The notes under the pieces are model-generated. The model did no database searches and was not told where the DNA came from. It saw nothing but the letters and a program-made list of their open reading frames with translations. 64,000 nucleotides of DNA from Candidatus Multivoradales bacterium (GTDB lineage Bacteria; Acidobacteriota; Thermoanaerobaculia; Multivoradales; JAHEKO01). Both the position numbers and the translations under genes were made by a program. Each line of letters starts with the position of its first letter. Position 1 is the first letter of the stretch. Positions 53,309 to 63,394 of this stretch are shown here, in pieces. The stretch spans positions 736,001 through 800,000 of the forward strand of contig CBDCVR010000015.1 of the NCBI GenBank assembly GCA_965223155.1, given 5' to 3'.

Positions 53309-55087
53309 TCAGCCGCTTCGTTCGTGCAATCGGCGGCTGAGGGCCGCCTTTTCCGTTAGGAGTCGTTCCAGTTTTTGTTGGTCTCCGGCTCGTTGAGCTT
53401 GGGTGATCTCGGCCGCCAGTTGCTTCGATTTCTGCCGCTGCCAGCGCCGTTCCAGCCGGCGCACCGAATCCACCAGCTCCTTCGGATCCGAGCCGGATGG
53501 ATCTTCTAACAGAAGCCGGGCAACCCGGTCAACCGCCGAACCCTGTTCCGGCAAGCGCGTCATCAGCTCGCGAGCGTCCGGGCGCCGGCCGGGGTTCTCC
53601 CTATAGAAAGCCTGGAAGACCTCAAAAATATTCCGCAAAGTGGGATCCAGAAAGGCCTCGGGCGGCGGCAGCTCGTCCGGGGCCGGCAGCTCGCCCGGGG
53701 CCGTCAGTAGGAGATGCAGAGCCTTTTCCTCGAGCGAGCGGACGATCCCCTCGCCCGATCCCGGCGCCGCCGACCGCCCCGCTGCCGAAGGCGCACCCTG
53801 CCGGCCGGCGAGCCTGTCCAGCAGGAGATTGACTGGAATGGACAGCTCCTCTGCCGCCTGCCGAGCGTAACCGTAGCGCAACACCGTATCCGGAATCGCC
53901 TTCAGAAGCTCGACCGCCGAGCGCGCCCCCGCGGCCTGCTGGCGCGGGTTGCCGGCGACCCCGGGCGGCGCCAGGCGCCGGATCTCGGCCAGCACCGCGT
54001 CCGGAGCGGCACCGTAGAGCTCGAGCAGGCGTTCGGCACCGTCCTCGGTTCGAACCGAATCGGGATCGGCCCCAGCGGCCAGCTCGAGCCGTGCCGTGCC
54101 CAGCCCGGCCGCCAGGAGCAGCGGCAGGCTCCGCCGGTAGGCGTTGACCCCGGCTTCGTCGCCGTCGTACCCGACCACGACGTCATCGGCGAATCGCGCC
54201 AGGAGCTGGGCCTGCTCCGGAGTCAGCGCGGTTCCCATGCTGGCCACCGCGTTCGGAATGCCGGCGGCCACCGAGCCGATGACGTCGAAGTAGCCCTCGA
54301 CCAGCAGCACCTTGCCGCTCTCCCGAATCTCGCGCTTGGCCAGATCCAGGCCGTAGAGCAGCCGGCCCTTACGGAAGCGCGCGGTCTCGCTCGTGTTGAT
54401 GTACTTGACCGCATCGGCATCCATGGCTCGGCCGCCGAAGCCCACCAGCCGGCCCGAGGTGTTGCGGATCGGAAAGATCAGGCGCTCCCGGAAGCGGTCG
54501 TAGAGTTCGCCCGGCCGCTTCCGGGACTCGGCGACCAGACCCGCCTTGAGCAGCATCCGGTCCGGAAACTTGCCGGACAGCGCTTCGAGCAGGTTGCGCC
54601 AGCCGGCCCGGGCAAAGCCCAACCCGAACTGGTCGATCAGCTCCTCCGAGATGGACCGCTGCTCCAAGTACTCGCGCGCCCCCCGGTTCCGGACCAGGCC
54701 CTTGCGGTAGAACTCGAGCGCGGCCTCCAGCACGGGCTCGAGATCCTCCTCGGAGCGCTTGCCGGCGGCCTTGCCGGTGTAGGCCGGGACCGGGATGCCG
54801 TAGCGCCGCGCCAGCGTCTCGATCGCGGCCGGGAAGTCGTCTCCAGACACCTGCATGTGGAGCTTGATGGCGTCTCCGCCCTGGGAGCAGCCAAAGCAGT
54901 AGAAGAGCCCTTGATCGGGATCGACGCTGAAGGACGGCGTCTTTTCTTTGTGGAGCGGGCAGAGTCCCTTGTGGCGGCGGCCGGCTTTGGTCAGGCGGGT
55001 GTGCTCGGAAGCGATGTCGACGATATCGACGGCATCGCGAACCGCCTGGACCAGCTCGTCCGTGAGGTGGATGCCTTGAAACGCCAT
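53309..55087 (-). CDS. dnaG: DNA primase
   Basis: CPLH...CFGC zinc finger, DRFR.R..FP, GFGGR, KYIN, VEGYFD, YDGD.AG. Confidence 0.97.
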   Translation of the reverse strand: MAFQGIHLTDELVQAVRDAVDIVDIASEHTRLTKAGRRHKGLCPLHKEKTPSFSVDPDQGLFYCFGCSQGGDAIKLHMQVSGDDFPAAIETLARRYGIPVPAYTGKAAGKRSEEDLEPVLEAALEFYRKGLVRNRGAREYLEQRSISEELIDQFGLGFARAGWRNLLEALSGKFPDRMLLKAGLVAESRKRPGELYDRFRERLIFPIRNTSGRLVGFGGRAMDADAVKYINTSETARFRKGRLLYGLDLAKREIRESGKVLLVEGYFDVIGSVAAGIPNAVASMGTALTPEQAQLLARFADDVVVGYDGDEAGVNAYRRSLPLLLAAGLGTARLELAAGADPDSVRTEDGAERLLELYGAAPDAVLAEIRRLAPPGVAGNPRQQAAGARSAVELLKAIPDTVLRYGYARQAAEELSIPVNLLLDRLAGRQGAPSAAGRSAAPGSGEGIVRSLEEKALHLLLTAPGELPAPDELPPPEAFLDPTLRNIFEVFQAFYRENPGRRPDARELMTRLPEQGSAVDRVARLLLEDPSGSDPKELVDSVRRLERRWQRQKSKQLAAEITQAQRAGDQQKLERLLTEKAALSRRLHERSG

Positions 55088-55152
55088 GCTCGATTCCGTG
55101 CCGGGATCCTACGACAGGTCCCCGACGCGCGCCGTGTCGTTCGCGCGCGGGG

Positions 55153-57657
55153 TCATCCCACGAGCTCCGCCACGGTCACGCCATTGCCGCCTTCGCCGGC
55201 GCTGCCGGGACGAAACGAGGCAACCGAGGGATGGCCGGCAAGCTCGCGCCGCACCACCTCCCGCAGCCGGCCGGTGCCATGCCCGTGGACGATACGTACC
55301 TGGACCAAGCCCGCCCGGATGGCCCGGTCCAGATACCGGTCGAGCTCGGCCAGCGCGTCGTCGGCCCGCATGCGCCTGAGGTGCAGCTCCTCGGACTCCG
55401 AGCGCAAGGCCAAGTGGCCGAGGCTCTCGGCCGCCGAGGGCCTCGGCGGCTTGGCCTTGCTCGCAACCTCAGGAGGCTCGGCGACGACCAGGTCCCCGGC
55501 GGCACAACGCACCTTCTTGCCGCCCACGACGACCACCGCGCGCTTGCCCGCCAAGCGATCGAGGCGCCCCGTCCAGCCCAGAGCCTGATGCTCGACTTGG
55601 GTGCCGACGTGCTCAGCCGTCACCGGCTCGGCGGCCTTCGTTCCGGCAACGTCGAGAACCGGAGCCTCGCGCCAGAGCTCGGCAACGGTCTTCTCGGCCT
55701 GCTTCTCGACCGCGACTTCGCCGGGGGCGTCGGCTCTCGACCGCTCGGCCTTCGCGCGCGCGCGCGCCTTCTCGATCTCGTCGGCCAGCTTGCGCTTGAC
55801 CCCGGCCCGAAAATCCCGAACCTCCTGCTTCCAGCGGCGATCGAGGGTCGCCTTCTCGGTCTCGATCTCTGCGCGTAGACGCTCAGTCTCGGCCCGCTCA
55901 GCCTCGGCCGTTCGCCGCTCCTCTCGAGCCCGGTCGCCATCGCGCCGGAGCCGGTCGCGCAACCGTTCGACCTCCGCCAGCATTCCCCGCAGGTTGCGCC
56001 GATCGGGACCCAGAAGCTCCTCGGCGCGCTCGAGCCAGCGTTCGTCCAGTCCCAGCCTGCGCCCCAAGGCGATTGCTTCACTGGCGCCGGGCACGCCCGC
56101 TACGAGGCGGTAGGTCGGCAGCCCGGTGGCGCCGTCGAACTCCATCGCGGCGCACCCGAATCCTTCGAGGTCGATGGCGGCTGCGGCAATCGGCGTCAAG
56201 TGGGTGGTGGCCACGGTCCACGAACCGCGAGCACTGAGCGCCTCCAGCAGGGCGATGCCCAGCGCCGCGCCCTCGCTCGGATCCGTTCCCGAGCCCAGCT
56301 CGTCGATCAGCACCAGCGCTCCGGGGCCGGCGGCCTCCCAGGCTTCGCGCAACCTCTGGAGCCGGCCGCTGAAAGTGGACCGTTCCGCCAGGAGATCCTG
56401 CTCGTCGCCGACCACCGCGACCAGCCGGTCCAGAAACGGCAGCGCCGTATCGGCGCCCACCGGAACCGGCAGCCCGCAATGGGCGGCGATGGCGAGAAGT
56501 CCCAGAGACTTCAAGGCAACCGTCTTGCCACCGGCGTTGGGCCCGGTGACGACGAGGCCGCGACCGTTCTCGGTCAGCAGCACGTCGAGGGGAATGACCT
56601 CGCCGTCGTGTCCGGGCTGGCCGAGCGCTTGCCGGCGAATCTCCGCCAGGGCTGGATCCAGAAGCGGGTGCCGGGCCTCGCTGAGCTCGAGCCGGGTCCC
56701 GGGGCCCGGCGTCAAGAATCGCGCGCCGACCCGGGCCGCGAACCGGCAGGCGGCTTGGCGCCGGTCCAGCCGGGCAACGGTCGTCCACAGGCCTGACAGG
56801 GCTTCGCGGCTTCCCGCGACTCGGTCCAGAAGCTCGGCCAGAATCCGCCGCCGCTCGGCTTCTTCTTCACGGAGCCCTTCCTCGAGGTCGTTGTTGGCCT
56901 CGACGAACTCCAGCGGCTCGAAATAGAGGCTCCGGCCCGTCCCCGACCGCCCCTTGACCACGCCCGGCACCGAGCCCTTGGCGCCGGCCCGGAGCAGCAC
57001 CACCAAGCGGCCGTCGTGCATCGGAATGGTGTCCTCGGCGAGCTCGGCCTGATGCCGGCCCGCGAACCGACCGATCGCGTCGTAGAGAGACTGCCGGCGG
57101 CGCGCCGAATCCCGGGACAGCTTCTGCAACCGGGCCGTGGCGTCGGGACGCACGCTCCCGCGTGGATCCAGCCGCCGCCGAATCTCGGCCGCCAGCCCGT
57201 CGAGCGCTTCGCCCCCGGACGAGAACTCCGCGGCCGACTCCGAAGCGGGCGCCGCCACTACGACTTGGGCCAGCGCCGCGAGCCCTTCCGAATCCGGCTG
57301 GGCGCGAGCGGCGGTCCGGATCCGGCTTCGGGCCTCCTCGACCGCTTCGAGAACGTCGGCCAGAAGCACCAGGTCGGCGCCGGTGACGTCCTCGGTTGCC
57401 TGGCTCAGATGGCCCTCGGCCAAGCGGCGCGCCAGCGGCGCGAGCTCCACCCCCAGCGACGGAATCAGGGCACCGTCTTCGAGCAGGCCCTCGAGTGCTC
57501 GCGAGGCGGCGACGTCACGAACCAACGCTTCTTCGGAATCGCAAGGCTGGAGCTCGCAAACACGGTCTGCGCCTAGATCGGTGGCGCAGAACCGGGCCAC
57601 GACGGTCAGGAGCGCCGGCAGCTCGACGGCCTCGCGGCTGGCGGGTGAGACGCGCAC
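55153..57657 (-). CDS. mutS2: MutS2 family protein with Smr domain
   Basis: ARHPLL, TGPNAGGKT, STFS, DELGSGTDP, TTH, IVHGHGTG, GGNGVT. Confidence 0.92.
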   Translation of the reverse strand: MRVSPASREAVELPALLTVVARFCATDLGADRVCELQPCDSEEALVRDVAASRALEGLLEDGALIPSLGVELAPLARRLAEGHLSQATEDVTGADLVLLADVLEAVEEARSRIRTAARAQPDSEGLAALAQVVVAAPASESAAEFSSGGEALDGLAAEIRRRLDPRGSVRPDATARLQKLSRDSARRRQSLYDAIGRFAGRHQAELAEDTIPMHDGRLVVLLRAGAKGSVPGVVKGRSGTGRSLYFEPLEFVEANNDLEEGLREEEAERRRILAELLDRVAGSREALSGLWTTVARLDRRQAACRFAARVGARFLTPGPGTRLELSEARHPLLDPALAEIRRQALGQPGHDGEVIPLDVLLTENGRGLVVTGPNAGGKTVALKSLGLLAIAAHCGLPVPVGADTALPFLDRLVAVVGDEQDLLAERSTFSGRLQRLREAWEAAGPGALVLIDELGSGTDPSEGAALGIALLEALSARGSWTVATTHLTPIAAAAIDLEGFGCAAMEFDGATGLPTYRLVAGVPGASEAIALGRRLGLDERWLERAEELLGPDRRNLRGMLAEVERLRDRLRRDGDRAREERRTAEAERAETERLRAEIETEKATLDRRWKQEVRDFRAGVKRKLADEIEKARARAKAERSRADAPGEVAVEKQAEKTVAELWREAPVLDVAGTKAAEPVTAEHVGTQVEHQALGWTGRLDRLAGKRAVVVVGGKKVRCAAGDLVVAEPPEVASKAKPPRPSAAESLGHLALRSESEELHLRRMRADDALAELDRYLDRAIRAGLVQVRIVHGHGTGRLREVVRRELAGHPSVASFRPGSAGEGGNGVTVAELVG

Positions 57658-57747
57658 GACGCCGACCCTCTACCCTCGCGCTCGGCCGCTGGGCGCCGAT
57701 GTCGCCGTACGGGGAGCCTGCTGGCGCATCACGATGCTCGGGTCCAC

Positions 57748-57774
57748 AAAAAAAGCGGGGCCGCTCGGCCCCGC
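57748..57774 (-). terminator. Terminator/attenuator after rpsU
   Basis: GCGGGGCC-gagc-GGCCCCGC followed by T7 on the minus strand. Confidence 0.85.
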
Positions 57775-57801
57775 CGGAACATTCCTTGGACGGTTCCCGT
57801 C

Positions 57802-58011
57802 CTAGCGCAATCCGAGGCGCCGTTCCTCGGCCATCTTGCGTAGCATCTTCTTGCGCGCCTGGACGGCCTTGCGCTTGCGCTTGACCGACGGCTTCTCGAA
57901 GTACTGGCGCTTCTTGAGCTCGGTGATGATCCCCGACTTCTCGCACTTGCGCTTGAAGCGCCTGAGCGCGCTTTCGAAGCTCTCTTCGTCTCGTACTTGA
58001 ACAACGGGCAA
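57802..58011 (-). CDS. rpsU: 30S ribosomal protein S21
   Basis: [12 protein letters not shown]...YFEKPS; TTG start with AGGAGGTG RBS. Confidence 0.96.
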   Translation of the reverse strand: MPVVQVRDEESFESALRRFKRKCEKSGIITELKKRQYFEKPSVKRKRKAVQARKKMLRKMAEERRLGLR

Positions 58012-58162
58012 CTGGTGATCACCTCCTGACGGCCCCTGCGCTGGCATCTCGCGGGCGGCGTCCGGCCTTCCGCATTTTTCCAGCTTTCTACGCTCTTCCG
58101 AGCCTTCCCAGCAGGGGCCGGCAAGTCTCGCCGATCAAGCCCGGCCCGTCAAGCGGCCGGGC

Positions 58163-59008
58163 TTACGACTCCGCCGACGACTCGCCCTGAACCGCGTCGT
58201 ACTTGACCTGGTAGACCTCGAGCTCACCGCTCTTCTTGTTCTTGCGGAACCAAACGGCCGCGGCCGCGCCGGTGTCGTCCGTCGAGTAGAACCAGGCGGT
58301 AACGTCCCGCTCGGGGTACTCGCGCACGTTGCGCAGGTTGACCTGGCCGATGGCGTCTCGCACCTCGTCCGCGGTCATGCCCTTCTCGACCACCGCGAAC
58401 CGCTCTTCACTCATCCACCGATCGGCCTCGGCGGCGGCCAGGGCGGCCTGGAGCTTGGCGTTGTCGGGGTCCAGGGACAGCGCGATCTGGTAGATCTCGA
58501 TCGCCCGGCGATAGTCGCCGCCCTTGTCGATGTACTCCTGTGCCAGGACCATGTCTTCATCGCTCTTCATGGCGATGGCGGCGGCCTGGCGCTCGGTCAG
58601 CGGTTCGCCCTCGATCATCCCGGCATTGTTGAGATAGGTGACGAGCTTGGTATTGAAATCGTCGGCCTTGGACACGACCGAGTCCTCGAGATCGGCCAGC
58701 TTGGCCTCCAGCTCTTCGGCCGTGGGAGCGGCCTCGGCGCCTTCTTCGACCCCGGCTCCGACCTCGGCCCCCGCTGCATCGGCGGCCTCTTCGGCGCCCT
58801 CACGGACCTCGCGAGCGAGCTCCTTGAGCGCTTCACGAGTCTCCGACAGCTCCTCGCGCAGGCCGTCCAGATCGTCCTTCGCCTCGGTTAGCGCGGCCCA
58901 CTCCGCCTCCACGGCCGGATCCACCTTGGGCGCACCGGGAGCGCAGGCCACCCAGGCCACGGCCGCCAGACACGCAACAACAACAAACAGTTTCCGAGCT
59001 ACTCGCAT
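58163..59008 (-). CDS. Lipoprotein with coiled coil, TPR-like repeat and C-terminal BamE/SmpA-like domain
   Basis: Lipobox-like WVAC; GDYRRAIEIYQIALSLDPDN; F..VEKGMT.DEV...IG....WFY. Confidence 0.75.
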   Translation of the reverse strand: MRVARKLFVVVACLAAVAWVACAPGAPKVDPAVEAEWAALTEAKDDLDGLREELSETREALKELAREVREGAEEAADAAGAEVGAGVEEGAEAAPTAEELEAKLADLEDSVVSKADDFNTKLVTYLNNAGMIEGEPLTERQAAAIAMKSDEDMVLAQEYIDKGGDYRRAIEIYQIALSLDPDNAKLQAALAAAEADRWMSEERFAVVEKGMTADEVRDAIGQVNLRNVREYPERDVTAWFYSTDDTGAAAAVWFRKNKKSGELEVYQVKYDAVQGESSAES

Positions 59009-59196
59009 CGAGACCTCCCTGATCTAGTCCTGACTCGGCGTCATCGGTTCCGGACAACGTCCGCCGGAAGCAGAAAAGCGAACAGGCAAGCTACCATAGA
59101 GCCGATTCTCGCGACAAGCAACCGAGCGCGGACGAAATCGCTTGATTACCCTCTAAACGGTCACAAACAAAGAAGTTTCCTCGCCCGAGGGTTCCC

Positions 59197-59225
59197 TTGA
59201 CAGCCCCAGGACCCTCAAGAATAAT
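59197..59225 (+). promoter_or_regulatory. sigma70 promoter
   Basis: TTGACA-17 nt-AATAAT, ~40 nt upstream of the ATG at 59268. Confidence 0.65.
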
Positions 59226-59267
59226 CGGCGGGCTCCGAGCGACAACTTCCAGACGGCGGTAGAAGCC

Positions 59268-60794
59268 ATGAATTTCGCAGACCACTTCCAACATCTCGAC
59301 CCTGAGGTAGCCGCCGCGCTGACCCGTGCCATGAGCTCTTTCGCCGCCGAGCTCGAGACCAAGCTCGCCGGCGACGAGGGCGGGGCCCACCAAGGCGACG
59401 CGGACGAAACGGCCCAGCCAGCGGTCGAGCCGCGGGCCGTCGTTCGGGCCGCTTCCCCTGGTCCTCCTTCTCCTGAAATCCAGCTCGACGGGGTCGACGA
59501 GCTCCGCCAAGCGGCCATGGTGATCGACACCGCGACCTCTCAGGCCTCGATTCTGAACGCACTGTCGCAGGGCGTTCTGCGCTTTGCCTCCAGAGTCGCG
59601 ATCTTCGTGGCCCGTGGTGACAGCCTGCACGGCTGGAGCGCCGACGGTTTCGGCTCGGAGGGGGACCGCATCAAGGAAGTTTCGCTCGACGCCGACGAGT
59701 GGCCCAGCTCGGGAATCGTGCGCGCCGGCCAGGGCGCGGTGGCGCTTTCGGCCGCCGAGTGCCGGCGGTTCACCGACCGTCTCGGAGCCGACGGCGCCGC
59801 GGTCGGCGTGCTCATTCCCTTCGTCCTGGGAAGTCAAACCGTGGGCACAGTCTACTGCGACCGCCTGGGCGGCGAGACCTTTTCGGTCTCGGCCCTGCAA
59901 CTGCTGACCTTTCTCGCGGGCCAGACCCTCGAGACTCTTCCGGTTCGCAAGCGAATCTCGACCGCTAGCCTGACCCTGGCCGAGGGCCCAGCCGATGAGC
60001 TGAGCGCGACCGAGCCCAAGCCAGTCACCCCGGAGCCGATCCCTCTGGACGAAGTGATCGAAACCGAGCCGGCGGCGTCGGACGTTGCGGTGGGAGCCGA
60101 AACCGAACCGGAGCCGGCGGCACACGACGCCGCGCTCGCGACTCAGGTCGTGCCCCCGTCCAACCTCGACGACGCGGCCGAGTTCGCGATGGAGCCGGAA
60201 ACCGAGTCCGCGGCCGAGCTCGTCGAGCCGCTGCCGCCGGTAGCGGCAGAGCCTGCGCACGTTGAGGCGGACGTCGAGGCGGAGATCCAGGCCGAGCCCG
60301 AAGTCGAAGCAGAAGAGGAACCGGCCGCCGACGCGGCGGTGGCGGAAGCCGACGAAGAGTCTACGCGCCCCGGCTTGGCCGCGCCCCCCGAGGCCCCTGA
60401 GCCTGCCGCGCCTCCGGCGAACTCAGCCAGCGCGCCGGAGCCCGATCCGGCCGACTTCAGCAGCACCCAGGTTCGGCCTCCGGAAGACGTCAATGGCCCC
60501 GGCTGGGCCTTTACCGGCGGGGCGGCGGCCTCGGCCGAGGACGCTTCGGGTCATGAAGAGGCGCAGCGTCTGGCGCGCCTCCTGGTCACCGAGATCAAGC
60601 TCTACAACGAGGAAGCGGTCGAGGCGGGACGCGAGAGCGGCGACATCTACAGCCGCCTCCAGGAAGACATCGACCGCTCGCAACAGATCTTCGAGGACCG
60701 GGTCGAGGAGGCAATCCGATCCGACACCGACTACTTCAAGGAGGCGCTAGTGCGCATTCTCGGCGGTGGCGACGCCGACGCCCTGGGGCTCTAG
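59268..60794 (+). CDS. GAF-like domain + Pro/Glu linker + RomX-like C-terminal domain protein
   Basis: RVAIFV....L.GW...G, VLIPF...VG.VYCD; C-terminal A.RLARLLVTEIKLYN. Confidence 0.78.
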   Translation: MNFADHFQHLDPEVAAALTRAMSSFAAELETKLAGDEGGAHQGDADETAQPAVEPRAVVRAASPGPPSPEIQLDGVDELRQAAMVIDTATSQASILNALSQGVLRFASRVAIFVARGDSLHGWSADGFGSEGDRIKEVSLDADEWPSSGIVRAGQGAVALSAAECRRFTDRLGADGAAVGVLIPFVLGSQTVGTVYCDRLGGETFSVSALQLLTFLAGQTLETLPVRKRISTASLTLAEGPADELSATEPKPVTPEPIPLDEVIETEPAASDVAVGAETEPEPAAHDAALATQVVPPSNLDDAAEFAMEPETESAAELVEPLPPVAAEPAHVEADVEAEIQAEPEVEAEEEPAADAAVAEADEESTRPGLAAPPEAPEPAAPPANSASAPEPDPADFSSTQVRPPEDVNGPGWAFTGGAAASAEDASGHEEAQRLARLLVTEIKLYNEEAVEAGRESGDIYSRLQEDIDRSQQIFEDRVEEAIRSDTDYFKEALVRILGGGDADALGL

Positions 60795-60805
60795 CGCGAC
60801 CAACG

Positions 60806-63094
60806 TTGCGGCGCCCGGCCTACGGTCCCGTTCTCCTCTTGGGTCTGGCCGTCTGCCTAGCCGGATTCGTCGCTCGAGTCTCTGAGGCCCCGCAAGCCTC
60901 CAAGGCTTCCCAAGCGCCAGCCGGCGGCGTCGAGCCTGCGATGCCGGTCGCGGTGACCGGCGACGCCGACTCCAGGCTCGCGCAAGCGGTTGCGGCCTGC
61001 GACCTCGCGGCCGCGGACACGGCCGCCGCGGCCTGGGATATCGACCCGACCGATCGGGCTATCGGCCTGGCGCTGGCCGCACAGCAGTGCGGCCGCTACT
61101 CGGAGAGCCTCAAGCGCCTCCGAGCGACGGCTTCGGGCAGCGCCCTCGCCGACTGGCGCCTGCTGGCCTGGGGCCGCGCCGCCCGCGAGCTGGGTCAGTA
61201 CCCGGCTGCCAAAGCCGCGCTCGACCGCCTGATTCGGGACCACCCGGAAAGCAAGCTCCTGGCTCACGCCGTCATCGAAGCTACCCACCTCGCCCGCGAG
61301 CGCGGTGACCTGGTCGGCGTTCTTGCCCTGGCCGAGACCGCGAGGGAGGGGCCCGTCGCTTCCGCCACCCGCGAAGAGCTCGAGGTTGCGGCGTGGGAAG
61401 CCGGAACCGAGCTTGGGGATCGGGCCCTGCGGGGCGAGGCGGCTCGGCAGCTCCTCGTCCACTTTCCGCTCAAGGCCGCAGAGCTCCAAGTCATCGAGGA
61501 ATTCCGGAACTTCGACGGCAGCCTCGATTGGCCCGAATTCCTGTCGGTGGACCAGATGGTGCTGCGCGCCCGGAGTCTCTTGGCCGCGGACCTCGAGGAA
61601 TCGGCCACCAAGACCCTCGAAGCGGTACCGCCCGAAGCCCGCCACCGGGATTGGAACCTGGCCTTCTCCGAGGCCTTGATCGCCGCCGACCGCGGCGAGC
61701 ACGCGCTGGAGGTTCTGAGCCAGGTTCGGGCGACGACTCTGGCCGAAGCCGCCGACCTCGAGTGGCGGCGCGCCACGGCCGCCATCGACGCCGCTTCGCC
61801 CAAGTCCGGACGGGAGCCGGGAGACGAGATCGACTCGGCCCGACGCTCGAAGATGCGTACGCGCGCGCACGAGCACTTGATGCGGGTCATCGACTTCGGC
61901 GTCCATCCCCGGCAGGTCCGCCGAGCGCACCGGATCCTGTTCGAGGACGCCATCGAGGAGAACCGCTTCGATGAGGGATTGCGCTGGCTTCGCAGCCTGC
62001 TCCGGGTCGACCCGGAGGACTGGTCCGGCGCCCGCTTCCTCTGGCGGCACGGCTGGAAGCAGTACGGCGAGCGCAACTTCAGCGGCGCGATCGGATACTG
62101 GGCCGAGCTTGGGGAGCTCTATCCGACCAGCCTCTTCAACCGTAGCGGCTCCTACTGGGCGGCACGCTCTCACGAGCGCCTGGGCAACCGCGCCCGGGCT
62201 CGGCAGCTCTACGCTGAAGTCGCCGACGTCGAGGTCGACGACTTCTATAGCCGGCACGCCCGCCGGCGGCTCGAGCGCGGCGGCCCCGGCGCGGCGCTGC
62301 CGGCCGCCGCCGAGCTATCGGAGCCAGCGGAGCCATCGGAGCCAGCAGAACCTACTGAACCAACTGAGCCGTGGCCGCGGGATCGCCGTCTGGCCCGAGC
62401 CGAGCTCCTGCTCGGTTTCGGCCTGGCCGAGGCCGCCGCATCGGAGCTCGAAGCGGTGGCAGCATCGACCGAGATCGAAGAGCGAGCGGCGAGCGCATTG
62501 CGCGCCCGCGTCGAGTCAGCTCGCGGCAAGCACCGCCAAGCGATCATCCAGATCAAGCGGGCCTTCTCTCTCTTGGGCTCGCCCCACCAGGGCTCGGCGC
62601 CGCTCGCCGCCCGCCAGCTCTACTATCCGCTCGCCTTCGACGACATCGTGCGCGAGTACGCGGGGCGCAACGGCCTGGACCGGAGCCTGGTGCTGGCGAT
62701 CATCCGCCAGGAAAGCGCGTTTGACCCGGGCGCGAAGAGCTGGGCCGGGGCGCGTGGCCTGATGCAGTTGATGCCGGCCACCGGTCGTGAGGTGGCCCGC
62801 CGGCTGGGTCTGCGCTACTCGACCAGCCGTCTCAACGACCCGGCCTTCAGCATCCGACTGGGTACCAGCTACTACCGCCAGGTGCGCGGCATGTTCGGCA
62901 ACGACGACGAGCTCGCTCTGGCCGGCTACAACGCCGGTCCCTACCGCATCAAGAGACTCTGGAAAGCGGCCGGCACCGGAGCCGAGATGGACAGCTTCCT
63001 GGAAGGGCTCTCCTTCGAAGAGACCAAGAGCTACGTCAAGCGGGTCCTGCTCTTTTCGAACAGTTACCGACACCTCTACTCCGAGGCCGGCTGA
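60806..63094 (+). CDS. Slt-type lytic transglycosylase with TPR-like superhelix
   Basis: IIRQESAF, GARGLMQLMP.TG, AGYNAGP, ETKSYVKRV. Confidence 0.93.
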   Translation: MRRPAYGPVLLLGLAVCLAGFVARVSEAPQASKASQAPAGGVEPAMPVAVTGDADSRLAQAVAACDLAAADTAAAAWDIDPTDRAIGLALAAQQCGRYSESLKRLRATASGSALADWRLLAWGRAARELGQYPAAKAALDRLIRDHPESKLLAHAVIEATHLARERGDLVGVLALAETAREGPVASATREELEVAAWEAGTELGDRALRGEAARQLLVHFPLKAAELQVIEEFRNFDGSLDWPEFLSVDQMVLRARSLLAADLEESATKTLEAVPPEARHRDWNLAFSEALIAADRGEHALEVLSQVRATTLAEAADLEWRRATAAIDAASPKSGREPGDEIDSARRSKMRTRAHEHLMRVIDFGVHPRQVRRAHRILFEDAIEENRFDEGLRWLRSLLRVDPEDWSGARFLWRHGWKQYGERNFSGAIGYWAELGELYPTSLFNRSGSYWAARSHERLGNRARARQLYAEVADVEVDDFYSRHARRRLERGGPGAALPAAAELSEPAEPSEPAEPTEPTEPWPRDRRLARAELLLGFGLAEAAASELEAVAASTEIEERAASALRARVESARGKHRQAIIQIKRAFSLLGSPHQGSAPLAARQLYYPLAFDDIVREYAGRNGLDRSLVLAIIRQESAFDPGAKSWAGARGLMQLMPATGREVARRLGLRYSTSRLNDPAFSIRLGTSYYRQVRGMFGNDDELALAGYNAGPYRIKRLWKAAGTGAEMDSFLEGLSFEETKSYVKRVLLFSNSYRHLYSEAG

Positions 63095-63150
63095 CGCTTC
63101 TCGGTCCGGTCAAAACTGGGTATACTCGCGGTCCCCTTCCGGGGTGGTCT

Positions 63151-63223
63151 GGGTCCATAGCTCAGCGGTTAGAGCATCCGGCTCATAACCGGCAGGTCCC
63201 TGGTTCGAATCCAGGTGGACCCA
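63151..63223 (+). tRNA. tRNA with CAU anticodon, probably tRNA-Ile2 (lysidine); Met not excluded
   Basis: GGGTCCATAGCTCAGCGGTTAGAGCATCCGGCTCATAACCGG...GGTTCGAATCC...TGGACCCA; G1-C72 paired, so not the initiator; TATACT -10 at 63121. Confidence 0.92.
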
Positions 63224-63321
63224 CGAGTCGAGGATGTCGATGCGAGTGAGTCGTACGGGAGAACCACGAAACGCAATTGTCGCAAACTACCAGGCGGGCC
63301 TGGCGACGTCCGAAGAATTCC

Positions 63322-63355
63322 AGAGGGTGCTGAGTTCAGCACCCTCTTTGCGTTT
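63322..63355 (+). terminator. Terminator after tRNA(CAU)
   Basis: AGAGGGTGCTG-agtt-CAGCACCCTCT followed by TTGCGTTT. Confidence 0.75.
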
Positions 63356-63394
63356 GCGCCATCGGGCGCGCCGAGTCGCGCAAGAAGGAGGGGC

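Noticed and set aside
63255-63312. GAAA...CGCAAA resembling a c-di-GMP-I riboswitch
   Set aside because: The GGCAAAC and paired P2 stem needed for the aptamer are absent
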